Source: Candidatus Latescibacterota bacterium | GTDB taxonomy: Bacteria; Latescibacterota; UBA2968; GCA-2709665 | Length of the DNA stretch: 64,000 nt | Assembly: GCA_965219455.1 (NCBI GenBank) | Contig: OZ244744.1 | Span: 5,344,001 to 5,408,000, forward strand | Reading direction: 5' to 3' | Shown: positions 62,101 to 64,000 of the stretch, in pieces | Numbering within the stretch: the first letter of the stretch is position 1 | Layout: every line of letters starts with the position of its first letter | Made by a program: the position numbers and the translations under genes | The notes under the pieces: model-generated | Database searches by the model: none | What the model was told of the DNA's origin: nothing | The model's input: only the letters and a program-made list of their open reading frames with translations

Positions 62101-64000
62101 TTGACGGGTGCAGGCTCGGAGATGACGATGCGCCACCCGATCGTCTTTTTGAATTTCCGGACGGTACGATGCTTCCGCCTGGCGGGTTCCTGGTCCTGTT
62201 TGGTGGCGGTTCGACGTCGGATTTCCCCGGGAAAGCGTTTGTGGACGACGGCAGGATCGGCGACGGCCTCTCTAATTCCGGCGACACAGTCGTATTCCTA
62301 TCACCCGATGGCGTGGACACGCTAGACGCCGCCACCTATGTCAAGGCGCCTGAAGGAACCTCGCTCGTCCGTCTTGAAGATGCCACGCTGCAACGGCATG
62401 ATCGTCTGCCATTCGCCGGGATGTTTTCACCGGGCCGTGCGTCGCCGCTGCTGGTCGGGATCCGCATCGTACCGGACTCACTCGTCATGGAACCTGGATC
62501 CAGCCACGCCGTCACCGCAGAAGGCATTTTCGATTCGGTGACCGTGTCGGATGTCACGAACAGCCTGGAATGGATCGTTGAGGACTCCTCGGTTGCGCGA
62601 CTTGAACCGGGGATGCGGCTACTGGGTGTTGCGCCGGGAGAGACGGCTGTGCATGCACGGTTCGGGCGTCTCACGTCAAACGCCGTCGTCAGGATTCTCT
62701 CGAAGACTACGGACGATAGGGGCGATTCGAGCAATGTGCACGACGACAACACCGGCAGTGCGAATCCACTATCCAATTTTCCGCCGGTAATCCTTTCGCG
62801 CCCGGACACGCTGGCCATCGCGGGTCTCACGTACACGTACCGGCCGATGGCTGAGGATCCCGATGGTGATCCTGTGGTTTTTCTGGCGCCGCGGAGACCT
62901 GCCTGGCTTCAATGGACTGAAACCCGTTTGGAGGGCTTGCCGGAAGACACCGGAAACTGGCCGGTTGTCATGGCAGCCACGGACGGTGGCGACACAACGG
63001 AACAGGCGTTCACCATCCGCGTTGTAAGGCCCGGTTTTCGTCCCGAGAGCCGACCGGACAGCGTTGCCTACGTTGGTGTAACCTGGCGGATGTCTCTGGA
63101 TATCAGCGACGGGATTCAGACTCAGATAGACGGCGGACCCGTTCTCGAAGCCTCGGGCGAATCCCTGGTATGGCGCCCGCAGACGGGCGACGAAGGCCAA
63201 CGGGTAATCACGGTTTTCATGAGTGGAAACGGCGCCGAAAGCCTGGTCTTGACATTCCGGATCACGGTCTGGCCTCGGCCGCTGATCCGCGTCGATGAGA
63301 TTCTGGTCAATCCGATCGCGGATGTTAACGGGGATGGAACTCTGGACCCATACGGAGATCAATTCATCGAATTACTCAATGCCGTCGAGCACGCTGTGGA
63401 TCTGACGGGTTGGACGCTCGGTGACGACGACGGAGAACCGTTTACATTCCCCAGAGGTACGGTTTTGAATGGTGGAGATCGATTGACCCTTGTCGGTGGC
63501 GGGCTGCGCACGGCCCGGAAAGACCGATTTTCCGCCGGCGGCCGCATCGGGAACGGGTTGGCTGCCGCGGATCGGATCCTTCTGATCGCACCGGCCGGAC
63601 CGGATACGCTGGTCGATACGCAGTACACCAACGGACAGATTGACGCCTCTCTGGTGCCTGACCCGCAGAACCCGGGGGCTTGGCTGCCTCACAACCAGAT
63701 TTCGAGCCTGCCGTTGTCGCCGGGCTTGGCCACACCTGTGGCGGATACCGCCGTCGCTGACTCCGCGGGATACGCTGCAAATGGAGTTGAAGCCGACCCG
63801 GTTCACCCATTTCCAAACCCATTCAATTTGCATACGACCATCGGGTTTCGAAGCACCGGCGATCCGGCGGAATTTACGGTGTACAATATTCTCGGACAAC
63901 CCGTACGGCGGTTCATGGTCGGAGCCGGGGCGGGGTTACATCATTTGGTATGGGACGGACGCGACGATATGGGGCGGTCGGTAGGAACTGGCATATATCT
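59199..64000 (+). CDS. Giant secreted scaffold (>1600 aa, 3'-truncated): 2x cohesin, cadherin/He_PIG-like Ig repeats, 4x lamin-tail domain, Big_2, FlgD/T9SS-type C-terminal domain
   Basis: Manual translation from ATG 59199 is open to the window end. GSPGDTVSVSLKLHN..AGFQAEL..IPPGEG.IA; DPDGD..LPEWL; four E(V/I)L..P..D.N.DG..(DE/DQ)F.E repeats; PFPNPFN..YNILGQ..WDGRD..TGIY. Confidence 0.85.
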   Translation, partial: MRRCIHTLAILLTLDRPPAGYCTPADTLSVLGTTVLAADTAGVEVVLKNAQTIGGTSWTLGYDSSAMAVVGVEQTERTANMVIYSHAAGDSINALILDPSTGQAIPPGEGAIALLRLVIRESVPDGIYPVTFRTVDLVNAAQPPERLAAVGLAGQVRVASQLLSVRATGGSPGDTVSVSLKLHNRAVVAGFQAELSWPQDALSFVEALPADRIAQWDLWAVARNGKGATVLAADLDGTKRIPPGEGTIAVLNLAIPDLSNRNAVPVSIESVRLADPEGTALAAASEDGEVTIVSHLNRSPQLTLPEHITTSEDSMLLWRAPAFDPDGDQLEFEAENLPEWLSLDTQTGEFSGVPLDRDVGVYLVSLRVSDGQFSVSDTTRLKVTNLPPKILGTPERSVRVGAAYRYAPEVRNLDGGSVRIEPDGMGFLCDAESGLVTWRPENTGEFRLQLIAEDPNGGEAVQAFAVTVVAGARVVIDEVLADPATGPNGDANRDGVRDGREDEFVEIWNIDSKPVTIGGWWLSDDDAGATGRFYFPDGMVLEPGSRAVLFGGGKPKDIPGHVFVDDGSIGNGLTNKGDLVLLVDPVSEDTVAVADFLAKGDLNRSVVRLAEGIYVPHPDLPDGGVISPGRPHPKPMAPDETAKPPSPVFLDDPPSWCRVGALCRFVPRIRNLDGGFVHLETRVLGVVWDRSTGEILWRPDKEGRFRFWQTAVSGAGEKTVRQFDVWVEARPQIAIVEILADPPPGVNGDVNGDGTRDSQADEFVEILNEGPDAVWLTDWRLSDDDVSARRQFRFPDFTRLHPGERAVLFGGGRPGGVKGQIFVDDGSIGNGLTNKSDVILLIDPVLNDTLARALYYVETDINQSLAWDGTAWVPHQTPPGRGVFSPGLPRELGTVAGDGSDDGDVRPNEDSERSLNPTGHVPAGVIVSEILASPASGPGGDTNADGERHGFQDEFVELLNAGTDTARLDGCRLGDDDAPPDRLFEFPDGTMLPPGGFLVLFGGGSTSDFPGKAFVDDGRIGDGLSNSGDTVVFLSPDGVDTLDAATYVKAPEGTSLVRLEDATLQRHDRLPFAGMFSPGRASPLLVGIRIVPDSLVMEPGSSHAVTAEGIFDSVTVSDVTNSLEWIVEDSSVARLEPGMRLLGVAPGETAVHARFGRLTSNAVVRILSKTTDDRGDSSNVHDDNTGSANPLSNFPPVILSRPDTLAIAGLTYTYRPMAEDPDGDPVVFLAPRRPAWLQWTETRLEGLPEDTGNWPVVMAATDGGDTTEQAFTIRVVRPGFRPESRPDSVAYVGVTWRMSLDISDGIQTQIDGGPVLEASGESLVWRPQTGDEGQRVITVFMSGNGAESLVLTFRITVWPRPLIRVDEILVNPIADVNGDGTLDPYGDQFIELLNAVEHAVDLTGWTLGDDDGEPFTFPRGTVLNGGDRLTLVGGGLRTARKDRFSAGGRIGNGLAAADRILLIAPAGPDTLVDTQYTNGQIDASLVPDPQNPGAWLPHNQISSLPLSPGLATPVADTAVADSAGYAANGVEADPVHPFPNPFNLHTTIGFRSTGDPAEFTVYNILGQPVRRFMVGAGAGLHHLVWDGRDDMGRSVGTGIY

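Noticed and set aside
59130-63984. Many short ORFs listed in the track across the last 5 kb
   Set aside because: Shadows of the single long + strand frame starting at 59199.
56926-64000. A true cellulosome
   Set aside because: No glycoside hydrolase, lyase or CBM3 recognised in either protein; only the cohesin-dockerin logic is supported.

Overview
GC-rich bacterial chromosome segment. The gene content suggests an FCB-superphylum organism such as Candidatus Latescibacterota (inference from an FCB-style long LptA, PNPFN-type C-terminal sorting domains and expanded SDR/Gfo/PhyH/enolase/DegT families). About 1-44 kb is a mosaic of catabolic and redox genes: a heterodimeric ABC exporter, two hydantoinase/oxoprolinase A+B pairs, GH88, BNR-4, orphan rfbA, DUF547-arsS, a truncated arsC, apt and two tRNAs. 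About 44-55 kb is housekeeping (ruvX-mltG-pcrA-gatC-pyrG-lptCAB-rpoN), with an atypical pyrG and no kds genes. The most interesting locus is at the right end. A near-consensus sigma54 promoter precedes a secreted lamin-tail/Ig/dockerin protein, followed by a >1600-aa ORF absent from the ORF track (open to the window edge) with two cohesins, Ig/cadherin-like repeats and four lamin-tail domains. This looks like a cohesin-dockerin assembly with no recognisable catalytic domain, and both proteins are rich in D-[S/T]-hydrophobic O-glycosylation-type sequons. Also found: a modular, nested MITE family (three copies, two bracketing an HPPD-like gene) and two candidate structured RNAs. All calls come from manual motif reading; no database searches were run.
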